Positions 38,258 to 48,498 of a stretch of 64,000 nt of DNA are shown piece after piece. The DNA is from Desulfobacterales bacterium (GTDB taxonomy: Bacteria > Desulfobacterota > Desulfobacteria > Desulfobacterales > UBA5852). Position numbers and translations under genes: made by a program. Each line of letters begins with the position of its first letter. Position 1 is the first letter of the stretch. Under the pieces are notes generated by a model that saw nothing but the letters and a program-made list of their open reading frames with translations, had not been told where the DNA came from and did no database searches. The stretch lies in NCBI GenBank assembly GCA_963674755.2, contig CAXXVS010000001.1, positions 192,001-256,000 on the forward strand, written 5' to 3'.

Positions 38258-40005
38258 CCGGACGGTATTGACTGGAACAAGCGGGCGTAGCGTCCTCCGG
38301 CGGCCAGCAGCGCATGGTGCGGGCCGTCTTCCACGATGCGCCCACCCTCCAGAAATACGATGCGGTCCAACTGATGCAGGGCCACGGGCCGGTGGGTGAT
38401 GAGCAGCAGGGTGCGCCCGGCACTCAATTCCAGCAAGGTGTCCATGAGAAGCTGTTCATTGGTATGATCCAGACCCTCGGTGGGCTCGTCCAGCAGCCAA
38501 ATGGGTGCATTGCGCAGAACCGCCTGGGCCACCGCCAGGCGGCGTGCTTCCCCGCCTGAAAGACCGTGACCGGACGCCCCGATCCAGGTTTCCAGACCTT
38601 CCGGGAGAGCACTTGCGAAGCCGTCCAGGCGAGCGGCGTGCAGGGCATCCCAGAGCGCACCGTCGTCCGCTCCGGGGCAGGCCAGACGGAGATTGTCCCC
38701 TATCGTGGCATTGAACAGGTGGGATTGCTGGGAAACGACGGCCATGCGACTGCGCAGATGGTCTTCACTCAGGGTGCACAGAGGCCGGCCCCCGATCCGG
38801 ATGCAGCCTTCATCCGGGTCCCAGAAGCGCGCCAGCAGGTGCATGAGGGTCGATTTGCCGGCCCCGGTGGCCCCCATGATCGCCACCCGTTCCCCCTGGC
38901 CGACGTTCAGGCAGAAATCCCGGAGCACATCCGGTTCCTGCGATGCGTAGCGGAAGGTAACGTTTTCGAAAGCGATGGCGTTGCCTTCCGGGGGAGGCGA
39001 CGTATTCGGGAATTGCACGGCGGGGGCTTGTTCGACGATTTCCATCAGGCGCCGTGAGGCCTCCCGGGTGCGGCTGAGATATTGAAAGGCGGCCGGCAGC
39101 GGCCAGACCACCTCGAAGGCGGCCAGGGTACCGAAGGCCAGCATGGCCAGCACGGCGCCGTCCAGTCGACCGGTCTCCACCTGGCCGGCCCCGCCATACA
39201 ACACCAGCCCCACCGTTGCACCGGAGAGCAGGGTCAACCCGGCGGAGGTGGCGCCGCTGATGTGGCTCATGCGCGCCTGGGTCCGGATCAGGCTGTCCTG
39301 GCAGCGGACGATGGTCTGTTGATGGCGGTGGGCAGCATCGAAAATCAGCAGTTCGGCCAGGCCCTGCACGCTTTCGACCATGTGGATCCGCATGGCGGCG
39401 GAATGCCGGGCCAGGGCTTGTCCCAGGCGGCGGCCGGCCCGGTCGGCCGCCATGGGCAGGGCCAGCCCGGCGGCGCCCATACCGATCAGCAGGGTCAGCG
39501 CGGCGCCCTGGTCGAAGCGCCGGAAAACCGCCGCGGCGGTCAGGGTCACGACAAACGCGACGATCAGGGGCGACAATACCCGGATGTAGAGGTTGTCGAG
39601 GGCGTCGATGTCGGCCACGATGCGGTTGAGAATATCCCCGGAGCGATAATCGCGCAGCCGCGCCGGTGCAAGGGGCTCCAAGCGCCGATAAAACCAGACC
39701 CGCAGATTTTCCAGGATGCGGAAGGTGATGTCGTGATTGACGATTCGTTCGCCATAGCGGGCCAGCGTGCGGGTAATGGCAAAGATCCGGATGCCGACGC
39801 TGGGATGGAACAAGTTGAAGAGATGGGCGGTCAGGGGGGTGAGGCCGGCCAGGGCGGCCGCCGAAATAAACCAGCCCGCAAGCGCCAGGAGACCGATGCC
39901 GGCCCCGCCGGCCAGGCACGCCAGCAGCAGGCCGAGCAGCATCCCGCGGCCATGGGGGACCAGCAGGCGCAGGAAGGGGCGCAGGGAACCTGTGGGCTCA
40001 GACAT
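38254..40005 (-). CDS. cydC: Thiol reductant/heme ABC exporter subunit CydC
   Basis: IGLLALAGWFI; RYGERIV.HD.TF..L..LR; GATGAGKST; LSGGEARR; LLDEPTEGLD. Confidence 0.93.
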   Translation of the reverse strand: MSEPTGSLRPFLRLLVPHGRGMLLGLLLACLAGGAGIGLLALAGWFISAAALAGLTPLTAHLFNLFHPSVGIRIFAITRTLARYGERIVNHDITFRILENLRVWFYRRLEPLAPARLRDYRSGDILNRIVADIDALDNLYIRVLSPLIVAFVVTLTAAAVFRRFDQGAALTLLIGMGAAGLALPMAADRAGRRLGQALARHSAAMRIHMVESVQGLAELLIFDAAHRHQQTIVRCQDSLIRTQARMSHISGATSAGLTLLSGATVGLVLYGGAGQVETGRLDGAVLAMLAFGTLAAFEVVWPLPAAFQYLSRTREASRRLMEIVEQAPAVQFPNTSPPPEGNAIAFENVTFRYASQEPDVLRDFCLNVGQGERVAIMGATGAGKSTLMHLLARFWDPDEGCIRIGGRPLCTLSEDHLRSRMAVVSQQSHLFNATIGDNLRLACPGADDGALWDALHAARLDGFASALPEGLETWIGASGHGLSGGEARRLAVAQAVLRNAPIWLLDEPTEGLDHTNEQLLMDTLLELSAGRTLLLITHRPVALHQLDRIVFLEGGRIVEDGPHHALLAAGGRYARLFQSIPSG

Positions 40006-41788
40006 GATGGCCGACTTTCCGCGGCGGCTGCAGCAAGCGGAAGAGGGGGCCCCGGGCTGCCATCAGGTCCCGGTAGGGCCCGTCTTCGACGATGGTGCCC
40101 CCCTGCATCGTAAGGACGCGCTCCGTGTCCCGGACATGGGCCATGCGATGGGTGACCATGATAATCGTGCGCCCCCGGCCGACAGCGTCGATGGCTGCGA
40201 TTACCAACCGTTCATTGAGACTGTCCAGACCGGCCGTGGGCTCGTCTAAAAGCAGCACAGGGGGATCGGCCAGGAAGGCGCGTGCCAGGGCCACGCGCTG
40301 GGCCTGGCCGCGGGAAAGCCGATGGCCTTTTTCGCCCACCGGGGTGTCGAGGCCGTGGGGCATGCGATCGGCAAATCCGAGGACTTTGGCGGCCTGGGCT
40401 GCAGCCTGGATGGCGCCCTCGTCGGCTTTCGGGCGGCCCAGGCGGATATTGTCCCGCAGGGAACCATGAAAAAGAACGGGCTGCTGGGCGACCCAGGCCA
40501 ACTGCCGGCGCCAGTGCCGGAGGGATAGCGTTTCCAGCGGGCGGCCGTTGATTTTGATGGTGCCGCCGGTGGGGCGGTAAAACCCCATCAGCAGGTTTAG
40601 CAGCGTGGATTTGCCCTCACCGCTGGCGCCGGCCAGTGTGATTTTTTCGCCCGGACGGACCCTGAAACTCACCTCCCGCAGCACCCCCGGCGAGCCGTCC
40701 TCAAAGGCGAAGCGTACCTGCTCGAAGGCGATGTCGATGGGGGGGGCGGGGGTTGCGTCCACGTCCGCGACGGGGGGCATTGCCGCGGGCGTCCGGAGCA
40801 CCTGCATGATTTCTTCCGCCGCCCCGGCGGCTTCCGCCCGGGCATGATAGTGGGTCCCCAATTCCCGCAGCGGCAGGTAAAAATCGGGCGCCAGCACCAG
40901 AATGAAGAGACCGGCCGCGAGCGTGAGGGGGCTGCCGTAAGTGCCGAAGTGGATATAGCCCAGAAAGCGGGTCCCCAAATAGACGGCCACCAGGGCGATC
41001 GAAATCGAGCTGAAGAATTCCAGCACGGCGGAGGAAAGAAAGGCGATGCGCAGTACTTTCATGGTCCGCTGGCGGTATTCCCGGGAGACTTCGGCCACGC
41101 GCTGGGCCGCCCCCTGGCTGCGCTGGAAAAGCTTGAGCGTCGGCAGGCCCTGCAGGATGTCCAGGAAATGGGCACTCATGCGGGACAGGGCCTGGAACTG
41201 GCGCTGGCTGACGGATTCGGCGCCCATCCCCACGATCACCATGAACAAGGGAATCAGGGGCGCGGTGGCCGCCAGAATGATGCCGGCGGTCCAGCTGACC
41301 GGAAAGACCACTGCCAAAATGCTGAGGGGGATGAGGACGGCCAGAGCCAGCTGGGGCAGGTAGCGGGCGAAAAAATTGTGCAGGGCTTCCACCTGTTCCA
41401 CAAGGATGCTGGCCAGTGCGCCGGCCTCGTGCCGGTCGGTGAGCGCCGGCCCGGCGGCGGTCAGGTGGTCGAGAAGCTGTCGGCGAACTTCGGTGCGTAC
41501 ACGGGCACCGGCCTTGAAGCCGGCTATTTCCCGCGCCCAAGCCAGGACTGCCCGGCCGATAACGACCAGGGCGAAAAAGATGAAAAACGACATCAGTTCG
41601 GCGCGCGGCCGCTGCTCGATAAAAACGCCATGGATGATACGGGCTGTCAGGGAGGCCTGGACGATAAGCAGCAGGCCGCTGCCGAAGCCCAGACCGACGG
41701 TCAGGAGGATCCACAGCCGTGCCGTTCGGGCGTGCCGCAACAGCCAGTTCAGGGCCGGTTTGGATGTATGGGTAGGTGAAGGATTCAT
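39998..41788 (-). CDS. cydD: Thiol reductant/heme ABC exporter subunit CydD
   Basis: YLPQ; TAPLIPLFM; TMKVLRIAFLSSAVLEFF; APDFY.PLRELG..YHA; ABC motifs. Confidence 0.95.
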   Translation of the reverse strand: MNPSPTHTSKPALNWLLRHARTARLWILLTVGLGFGSGLLLIVQASLTARIIHGVFIEQRPRAELMSFFIFFALVVIGRAVLAWAREIAGFKAGARVRTEVRRQLLDHLTAAGPALTDRHEAGALASILVEQVEALHNFFARYLPQLALAVLIPLSILAVVFPVSWTAGIILAATAPLIPLFMVIVGMGAESVSQRQFQALSRMSAHFLDILQGLPTLKLFQRSQGAAQRVAEVSREYRQRTMKVLRIAFLSSAVLEFFSSISIALVAVYLGTRFLGYIHFGTYGSPLTLAAGLFILVLAPDFYLPLRELGTHYHARAEAAGAAEEIMQVLRTPAAMPPVADVDATPAPPIDIAFEQVRFAFEDGSPGVLREVSFRVRPGEKITLAGASGEGKSTLLNLLMGFYRPTGGTIKINGRPLETLSLRHWRRQLAWVAQQPVLFHGSLRDNIRLGRPKADEGAIQAAAQAAKVLGFADRMPHGLDTPVGEKGHRLSRGQAQRVALARAFLADPPVLLLDEPTAGLDSLNERLVIAAIDAVGRGRTIIMVTHRMAHVRDTERVLTMQGGTIVEDGPYRDLMAARGPLFRLLQPPRKVGHHV

Positions 41789-41807
41789 CGGAAACTATTT
41801 GACAGCT

Positions 41808-41836
41808 ATTATTGGGGTATAATAGGAAATTTGCAA
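41808..41836 (-). promoter_or_regulatory. Putative sigma-70 promoter for cydDC
   Basis: Minus-strand TTGCAA-N17-AATAAT, ~20 nt upstream of the cydD ATG. Confidence 0.4.
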
Positions 41837-42021
41837 ACAAAAGGCATCATCCGTCCGGAGAGGCACGTACGCCAGGCGGGCAACCTGTCCGGACGCGGTG
41901 GCCGCCCCCCGGAAGATTCTCGACCTGCCGCCCGGACCCTTACAGCGCATGACCGGCACCCCGGCCTGATCCGGTACCATACCGACCGAGAGCTGTCTAT
42001 TTAATTTCAAGGAGTCGCTTC

Positions 42022-43584
42022 ATGATACCGACCGATGGATTGGTGGAATTGTCCCGCTGGCAGTTCGCCCTGACCGCCATGTACCATTTCCTATTCGTTC
42101 CCCTGACCCTGGGGCTTTCCTGGATTCTTTTCATCATGGAGTCGGTCTACGTCATGACCGGGAAGGTCATCTATCGGGATATGACGCGTTTTTGGGGCAA
42201 GCTGTTCGCCATCAATTTCGCCCTTGGCGTCACCACGGGCCTGACCATGGAATTCCAGTTCGGCACCAACTGGTCCTATTATTCCCACTATGTGGGCGAT
42301 ATATTCGGAGCTCCTCTGGCCATCGAGGGTCTGATGGCTTTTTTTCTGGAATCCACCTTCGTCGGACTGTTTTTTTTCGGTTGGGACAAGCTGAGCAGAC
42401 GCGCCCATCTGGTGACCACCTTCATGGTGGCCCTAGGGTCCAACCTTTCCGCGCTCTGGATTCTGGTGGCCAACGGCTGGATGAACAATCCGGCCGGCTC
42501 CCATTTCAATGTGGACACCATGCGCATGGAGCTGACCAGTTTCGGCGAGCTTTTTTTCAATCCGGTGGCCCAGGTGAAATTCGTCCATACCGTGGGCGCC
42601 GGCTATGTCACAGCCACCATGTTCGTTCTGGCCATCAGCGCCTACTACCTTCTCCGGGGGCGCGACCTGGCGTTTGCCCGCCGGTCGTTTGCGGTGGCCT
42701 CGGGTTTCGGGCTGGCTTCCATCCTGTCGGTCATCGTCCTGGGGGATCAAAGCGGCTACGTGACCGGACAGGTGCAGAAGGTCAAACTGGCGGCCATGGA
42801 GGCCCATTGGGAGACGGGCACGGCCCCCAGTCCATTGACCCTGGTAGGGTTTCCCGATCAGGAAAAGCAGAAAACCGATGCGGCCATCGAGCTGCCCTGG
42901 GTGGGGGGGCTTCTCATCACCCGTTCCATCGACACCCCGGTGCCGGGCATCAAGCAGCTCGTGGCGGAAAATGAAAACAAGATTCGCAGCGGCATGGCGG
43001 CCTACGCCCTGCTGGAAAAATTGCGCCAGGGGGATCGCTCTGAAGCGGTCCAGGCCGCCTTCCGGGAGCGGGAACCCGATCTGGGCTACGGGTTGCTGCT
43101 GAAGCGCTTTACGCCCCGGGTGGTGGACGCCACCGAGGCCCAGATCAAACAAGCCGCTCTGGATACGATTCCCCGGGTGGCGCCCATGTTCTGGGCTTTT
43201 CGCCTCATGGTGGGGCTGGGCTTTTGGATGCTGGCCCTGATCGCGTTGGCTTTTTACTATTGCATCACCCGGGTGTTCGATCAGAAAAAATGGCTCCTCA
43301 AGTTGCTGCTCCTTTCCCTCCCGGCTCCCTGGATAGCCGTCGAACTGGGATGGTTCGTGGCGGAGTTCGGCCGGCAGCCCTGGGCCATCGGCGACATCCT
43401 GCCCACCCACCTGGCGGTCTCCTCCCTGACGGCGGGGGATCTAATCGGCAGTATCGCCGGTTTGGTGGCGCTTTACTCCGGGCTGTTGATTGCCGAGGTC
43501 TATCTGATGCAGAAATTTATCCGCCGAGGCCCCAGCAGCCTGCATACCGGACGCTATCATTTTGAACAGGAAGCCGCGGCCTGA
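42022..43584 (+). CDS. cydA: Cytochrome bd ubiquinol oxidase subunit I (long Q-loop type)
   Basis: [38 protein letters not shown]-terminal GRYHFEQ; 520 aa. Confidence 0.97.
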   Translation: MIPTDGLVELSRWQFALTAMYHFLFVPLTLGLSWILFIMESVYVMTGKVIYRDMTRFWGKLFAINFALGVTTGLTMEFQFGTNWSYYSHYVGDIFGAPLAIEGLMAFFLESTFVGLFFFGWDKLSRRAHLVTTFMVALGSNLSALWILVANGWMNNPAGSHFNVDTMRMELTSFGELFFNPVAQVKFVHTVGAGYVTATMFVLAISAYYLLRGRDLAFARRSFAVASGFGLASILSVIVLGDQSGYVTGQVQKVKLAAMEAHWETGTAPSPLTLVGFPDQEKQKTDAAIELPWVGGLLITRSIDTPVPGIKQLVAENENKIRSGMAAYALLEKLRQGDRSEAVQAAFREREPDLGYGLLLKRFTPRVVDATEAQIKQAALDTIPRVAPMFWAFRLMVGLGFWMLALIALAFYYCITRVFDQKKWLLKLLLLSLPAPWIAVELGWFVAEFGRQPWAIGDILPTHLAVSSLTAGDLIGSIAGLVALYSGLLIAEVYLMQKFIRRGPSSLHTGRYHFEQEAAA

Positions 43585-43621
43585 GCGGATGCAGGCCTTT
43601 TGATCAAAGGAGATCCGCACC

Positions 43622-44764
43622 ATGCTTATCGATTATGAGATTTTGAAACTGATATGGTGGCTCTTTGTGGGAGTGTTGCTCATCGGGTTCGCTGTGCTGG
43701 ACGGTTTTGACCTGGGGGTCGGCACCCTGCTGCCGTTTGTGGGCCGCACGGATGAAGAGCGCCGGGTGATCCTGAATGCCATCGGGCCCACCTGGGAGGG
43801 CAACCAGGTATGGTTCATCACCGCCGGGGGGGCGCTCTTTGCCGCCTGGCCGATGGTCTATGCCACGGCCTTCTCCGGGTTTTACTGGGCCATGCTGCTG
43901 GTGCTGTTTGCGCTTTTTTTCCGGCCGGTGGGGTTCGAATACCGCAGCAAGGTGGAAGATGTCCGTTGGCGCAGCCTCTGGGACTGGGGCCTGTTCGCCG
44001 GCGGCGCCGTTCCGGCCCTGGTGTTCGGTGTGGCCTTCGGCAACCTTTTGCAAGGGGTGCCCTTTTACTTCGATGAATTCCTGCGGCCTTACTACACGGG
44101 AAGTTTCTGGGGGCTTCTCAATCCCTTTGCGCTGCTGGCGGGGGTGGTGAGCCTGTCCATGCTGGTCTGCCACGGCGCCGTTTATCTGCAGATGCGCACC
44201 GAGGGCGATGTCCAGACCCGGGCCCGGCAGGCGGCCACCTGGTTCGGCCTGTTGTTTCTGGCCGCCTTCGCCCTGGCCGGGGTTTGGCAGGCCTATGGCA
44301 TCGAGGGCTTCCGGATCGTAACCATGCCGGACCCGGGATCGGTCATGACGCCGCTGGACAAAACCGTGGAAATGGCACCCGGGGCATGGCTGACCAATTT
44401 CAGCCGCTACCCCTGGATGATGGCCGCCCCGGCCACCGTTTTCCTGGGCGGCGCCCTGGCGATCGTGTTGAGCCGGGCCGGCCGGCCCGGATGGGGGTTC
44501 ATCTTCAGCGGCACGGCCGTGGCCGGGGTTATCCTGACCGCGGGCTTTGCCATGTTCCCGTTCGTCATGCCGTCGATCACCCATCCCGGCCAAAGCCTGA
44601 CCGCCTTCGATGCCACCTCCAGCCATCGCACCCTGATGCTGATGTTCGGCGCGGTGGTGATTTTTCTGCCCATCGTGCTGCTGTACACCAGCTGGGTGTA
44701 CCGGGTGCTGCGGGGCAAATCGACGGCGGAAAAAGTGCGGGATAACGCGCATGCCGTCTACTAG
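43622..44764 (+). CDS. cydB: Cytochrome bd ubiquinol oxidase subunit II
   Basis: DGFDLGVG; P.WEGNQVW; RPVGFEYRSK; FPFVMPS. Confidence 0.97.
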   Translation: MLIDYEILKLIWWLFVGVLLIGFAVLDGFDLGVGTLLPFVGRTDEERRVILNAIGPTWEGNQVWFITAGGALFAAWPMVYATAFSGFYWAMLLVLFALFFRPVGFEYRSKVEDVRWRSLWDWGLFAGGAVPALVFGVAFGNLLQGVPFYFDEFLRPYYTGSFWGLLNPFALLAGVVSLSMLVCHGAVYLQMRTEGDVQTRARQAATWFGLLFLAAFALAGVWQAYGIEGFRIVTMPDPGSVMTPLDKTVEMAPGAWLTNFSRYPWMMAAPATVFLGGALAIVLSRAGRPGWGFIFSGTAVAGVILTAGFAMFPFVMPSITHPGQSLTAFDATSSHRTLMLMFGAVVIFLPIVLLYTSWVYRVLRGKSTAEKVRDNAHAVY

Positions 44765-44954
44765 AAGCTATCTCAAAGTTAGGATTTTTGTTCGAGATCA
44801 AGGTGAAACCGATACGCAATCCCGCAGAGCGGGACTTCCCAGCGTATCGATTCTTCAACGGTGGGTGCCCGCAGACATACTGCTGTATGTCGAGGATTTG
44901 AGTGCGGTTTCAACGCCGATATCGGGCAAAAGGACCTTTTTGAGATAGCGTCGA
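44762..44954. mobile_element. MITE-like element, copy 2, inserted at the cydB stop codon
   Basis: TAGAAGCTATCTCAAA...TTTGAGATAGCGTCGA; internal segments match 36906-37155 in reverse orientation. Confidence 0.75.
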
Positions 44955-45017
44955 ATAATGCGGTTACCGTCTGGATGTCGTCACCAACCTGTCAACTTCA
45001 GGAGATTGGTAGATAAC

Positions 45018-45131
45018 ATGTGGTATTTTTCATGGATACTGGGCGTCTTGTTGGCTTGTGCCTTCGGCATTATCAATGTGATGTGGATGGAGACCGAAGA
45101 AATCCTGGGGACGGAAGAAGAGCAGCCCTGA
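45018..45131 (+). CDS. cydX: Cytochrome bd small subunit CydX (37 aa; not in the ORF track)
   Basis: MWYFSWILGVLLACAFGIINVMWMETEEILGTEEEQP; classic MWYF.WILG motif; aggag upstream. Confidence 0.93.
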   Translation: MWYFSWILGVLLACAFGIINVMWMETEEILGTEEEQP

Positions 45132-45229
45132 AGGAGGCGCCGCGACCCCCAGCCTTGCCGGCCATGTGTTTTTCGGGGGGCTGTGGTCCGGAGGCCGGAC
45201 AAGGGCGGCGGCCCGGGGAATCCATCCAT

Positions 45230-45973
45230 ATGAGACCTTCCGACGACCAGCGCGTCCCCTTGGTGATCGTTACCGATGCCCATATCAGCCGGCAGCACGG
45301 CAATAGCGACGCTTTTTTCGAAATGCTGGCCGCGTTGGAGCAGGGTGCCGGCGACGTGGTTTTTCTGGGCGACATTTTCGATCTCTGGATCGCCCTGACC
45401 CGCTATGAAGATGCCTTGCACCACCGGTTTCTGTCCTGGTGCCGGCGGCAGAAAACCCGCCGCCGGGTCGCTTTCATCGAGGGCAATCATGAATTTTTTC
45501 TTGCCCGGCAGCATGCCGATGCCTTTACCTGGTGCATCCCGCAAGCCTGGTGGCGGGATGCCGAGGGCAATCTGTTTTGCCATGGCGACCGCATCAACCG
45601 CTTCGACCGCCGCTACCTGGCCTTCCGCAAATTGATCAAAAACCCCATCGCCCGAGCCCTCATCTACGGCTTGCCGCTGGGACCCCGTCTGGTGCAGCAT
45701 GTCAAGGAACAGATGAAAGGCACCAACCGGGCCTTCCGCAAATCTCTGCCCCAAGAACAGATCCGCCAATTCGCTGAAAACCGCTTCCGGGAGGGCGCGG
45801 TCCGGATATTCCTGGGACATTTTCATCAGGCCTTTCATTATCGGCCGGCCCGCGGGAGGGACCTCTATACCCTGCCGGACTGGCATTCCGAAGGCTGGAT
45901 CAGCGTACTGCCCGGAGGCCGCGGCGATCTGCGGCAGGGCCCCTGGCGGGAGCTCCTGCCGGTCCAGCCCTGA
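45230..45973 (+). CDS. LpxH-like metallophosphoesterase (UDP-2,3-diacylglucosamine hydrolase family)
   Basis: DAH; LGDIFDLW; EGNHE; HGD; GHFH. Confidence 0.8.
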   Translation: MRPSDDQRVPLVIVTDAHISRQHGNSDAFFEMLAALEQGAGDVVFLGDIFDLWIALTRYEDALHHRFLSWCRRQKTRRRVAFIEGNHEFFLARQHADAFTWCIPQAWWRDAEGNLFCHGDRINRFDRRYLAFRKLIKNPIARALIYGLPLGPRLVQHVKEQMKGTNRAFRKSLPQEQIRQFAENRFREGAVRIFLGHFHQAFHYRPARGRDLYTLPDWHSEGWISVLPGGRGDLRQGPWRELLPVQP

Positions 45974-46108
45974 GGCCCGCTCTCCCCGCCAGCCGTTCCG
46001 GCCCTGCCGCCTTGACTCCTGTCCGACCTCATAATAGACTTTATATTCACGATAGCCACTTTGCTGCGGTGGACCGGGCCCGCCGGATCACCCCAAGGGA
46101 GGAACGAC

Positions 46109-47266
46109 ATGCAGAGAAGACGTGAGCGCCACCATTCGTTGCAATGCCAGCGCGCGGGCTTCGGCTTGAAAGGCCGGCTCCCACGGGTAGGACGATTGGC
46201 TGCGCTGCTTGTATTCATCGCCGTCCTATTCTTTCTGATCGGTCCCGGCACAGCCGGTGTCTACCGGTACAAGGATAAAAACGGTGTCTGGCATTTTACC
46301 GACACACCGGATGAAGGTACTTACGAGGCTGCAGAGCAGTATATCAAGGACCGCAAAGCGGCCGGCGATGATACCGCCATGGCAACCCCCGCGCCGGTCG
46401 GGAAGGACCTGCAGGCCCATTTCCGGAAGAACCTGACGCCGGCCAACAAGATTGAAGAGGCGCGCAATGCCACCGTTTCTATCGAGATGGCCCTGGGATC
46501 GGGATCCGGGTTTTTCATATCGGACCAGGGGTATATCGTCACCAACCGCCATGTGATCGACTCCTCCTACGGCCAGACGGAAGATATGGAAGACCAGATC
46601 GAAAATGCCAAAAACCAGGTCGAATATCAGGCCCGGGTTTTGGACGAGGAAGAGCGCCAGCTTCGCAAACAATGGGCCCAGTTGCACCGGCAGCGCAGCC
46701 AGATGCACCCCGAGGAGTACCGACATTGGAAAGATCAGCTTGACCGCCGGGAAGGCATATTGCGCCAGCGGCGCTATCAGTATGAAGAGCAGCGGCGCAA
46801 GTTCGAGGAGGCCTACGACAAATATCAGCAGCGCCGCATCAGCGACCTGTCCCAAAGCGGTTATACTATTGTCCTGGCCGACAAAACCGAGCTCCGGGCG
46901 GAAAAAGTCATCATCAGCGAACACTACGACCTCGCCCTGCTGCGCCTCAAGGGGTATAAAACACCGTTCATCCCGCCGGGCAATGCCAACGGGCTGCATC
47001 ACGGCCAACCCCTTTACGCCATCGGCAATTCCCTGGATATGGGCCATACCGTGACCTCCGGTATTTTTTCAGGACGACGTGAAGACCTGCTGCAAACCAA
47101 CGCCCAGATCAACCCGGGCAACAGCGGCGGCCCCCTGATTACCGAAAACGGTCAGGTGATTGGCGTGAACACCTCCAAGGTTGTTGGTATGGGTGTGGAA
47201 GGCATGGGTTTCGCCATCCCGATTCATGTCGTGATGGCGGAGTTCGGCGCTTACATCGGCCGATAA
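46109..47266 (+). CDS. Trypsin-like serine protease with DUF4124-like N-terminus and coiled-coil insertion
   Basis: YRYKDKNGVWHFTD.P; GSGFF; TNRHV; DLALL; NPGNSGGPL. Confidence 0.88.
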   Translation: MQRRRERHHSLQCQRAGFGLKGRLPRVGRLAALLVFIAVLFFLIGPGTAGVYRYKDKNGVWHFTDTPDEGTYEAAEQYIKDRKAAGDDTAMATPAPVGKDLQAHFRKNLTPANKIEEARNATVSIEMALGSGSGFFISDQGYIVTNRHVIDSSYGQTEDMEDQIENAKNQVEYQARVLDEEERQLRKQWAQLHRQRSQMHPEEYRHWKDQLDRREGILRQRRYQYEEQRRKFEEAYDKYQQRRISDLSQSGYTIVLADKTELRAEKVIISEHYDLALLRLKGYKTPFIPPGNANGLHHGQPLYAIGNSLDMGHTVTSGIFSGRREDLLQTNAQINPGNSGGPLITENGQVIGVNTSKVVGMGVEGMGFAIPIHVVMAEFGAYIGR

Positions 47267-47280
47267 GCAAGGAGAACGCC

Positions 47281-48306
47281 ATGCGGTATAAGTTGTTGGG
47301 CAACAGCGGGTTGCGGGTTTCCGAGCTTTGCCTCGGTACGATGACCTTCGGGGACGACTGGGGCTGGGGGGCATCCCCCAAGGAGAGCCGACGCATTTTC
47401 GAGGCTTACGCCGAGGCGGGCGGCAACTTTATCGATACGGCCGATCTCTACACCAACGGGAGCAGTGAAAAGCTGGTGGGCGAACTGGTGGCCGGGGACC
47501 GGGAGCGGTTCGTTCTGGCGACCAAATACACGAACAGCATGCCGGGCAGCGATCCCAATGCAGCCGGGAATCATCGCAAAAACATGCTCCAGTCCCTGGA
47601 GGCCAGCCTCAAGCGTCTAAAGGTCGACTATGTGGATATTTTCTGGCTGCATGCCTGGGATTTCACCACACCGGTGGAGGAGGTTATGCGGGCCTTCGAC
47701 GATATGGTTCGCGCGGGCAAGGTGCTCTACATCGGTGTTTCCGACACCCCGGCCTGGATTGTGGCCCGGGCCAACACCCTGGCCGAGCTGCGTGGATGGA
47801 GCCGCTTTATCGCCCTGCAAGTGGAATACAGCCTCGTGGAGCGGACTTCCGAACGGGAGCTGATCCCCATGGCCCGGGCCATGAATCTGGGGGTCACTGC
47901 CTGGTCGCCTCTGGGGAGCGGCTTGCTGACCGGCAAATACACCCGCTCCGCGGGGCCGGGGATCAAGCGGCGTCTCGATACGGTCGCTTTCAAGGAAATT
48001 GACGACAACACCTATTCCATCGCCCGGGAAGTCGACCGTGTGGCCGGTGAAATCGGCAGACACCCCGCCCAAGTGGCCCTCAACTGGGTTCGCCAGCAGC
48101 CGAGGATCATCCCTATCATCGGCGCCCGAACGGTGGAGCAGGTCAAACAGAATCTGGACTGCCTGGCCTTCGCCCTGGATGTCGATCAATTGGAGCGCCT
48201 CGATAAGATCAGTCAGGTGGGAATGGGATTTCCCCATGACTTTCTGAGCAGCGAGGTGCCGCGCGGCTTTCTCTATGGCGGGATGGTCGATCAGATCGAC
48301 TTCTGA
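47281..48306 (+). CDS. Aldo/keto reductase
   Basis: LG.SGLRVSELCLGTMTFG; DTADLY; SLKRL..DYVD; GKV.YIG.S; WSPLG.G. Confidence 0.95.
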   Translation: MRYKLLGNSGLRVSELCLGTMTFGDDWGWGASPKESRRIFEAYAEAGGNFIDTADLYTNGSSEKLVGELVAGDRERFVLATKYTNSMPGSDPNAAGNHRKNMLQSLEASLKRLKVDYVDIFWLHAWDFTTPVEEVMRAFDDMVRAGKVLYIGVSDTPAWIVARANTLAELRGWSRFIALQVEYSLVERTSERELIPMARAMNLGVTAWSPLGSGLLTGKYTRSAGPGIKRRLDTVAFKEIDDNTYSIAREVDRVAGEIGRHPAQVALNWVRQQPRIIPIIGARTVEQVKQNLDCLAFALDVDQLERLDKISQVGMGFPHDFLSSEVPRGFLYGGMVDQIDF

Positions 48307-48411
48307 TCGCCATCCATTAAATCGCATCTTTCCGCCCCGGCCGGCCGCGCATTGGAAACCCTCGCCCTGACCGGGATAAGCCTGTGGTTTCACCCCCCCC
48401 CCAATGGGATT

Positions 48412-48442
48412 GAATCCGATGGGAAGTCCCGCCGTGCGGGAC
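48412..48442. repeat. Partial copy of the MITE internal hairpin module
   Basis: ccgatgggaagtcccgccgtgcgggac matches gatgggaagtcccgtctatcgggat (~37058) and the reverse complement near 44819-44841. Confidence 0.55.
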
Positions 48443-48498
48443 AAATCGCGGCGGCCTCGGCCGGAACCCAAATCGACCATCTCCGGATGGACACTGCT

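Noticed and set aside
41799..41823. Perfect TTGACA and TATAAT upstream of cydA
   Set aside because: The spacer is only 13 nt, so they cannot form one canonical promoter; resemblance to an Rrf2/IscR box is too weak to call.
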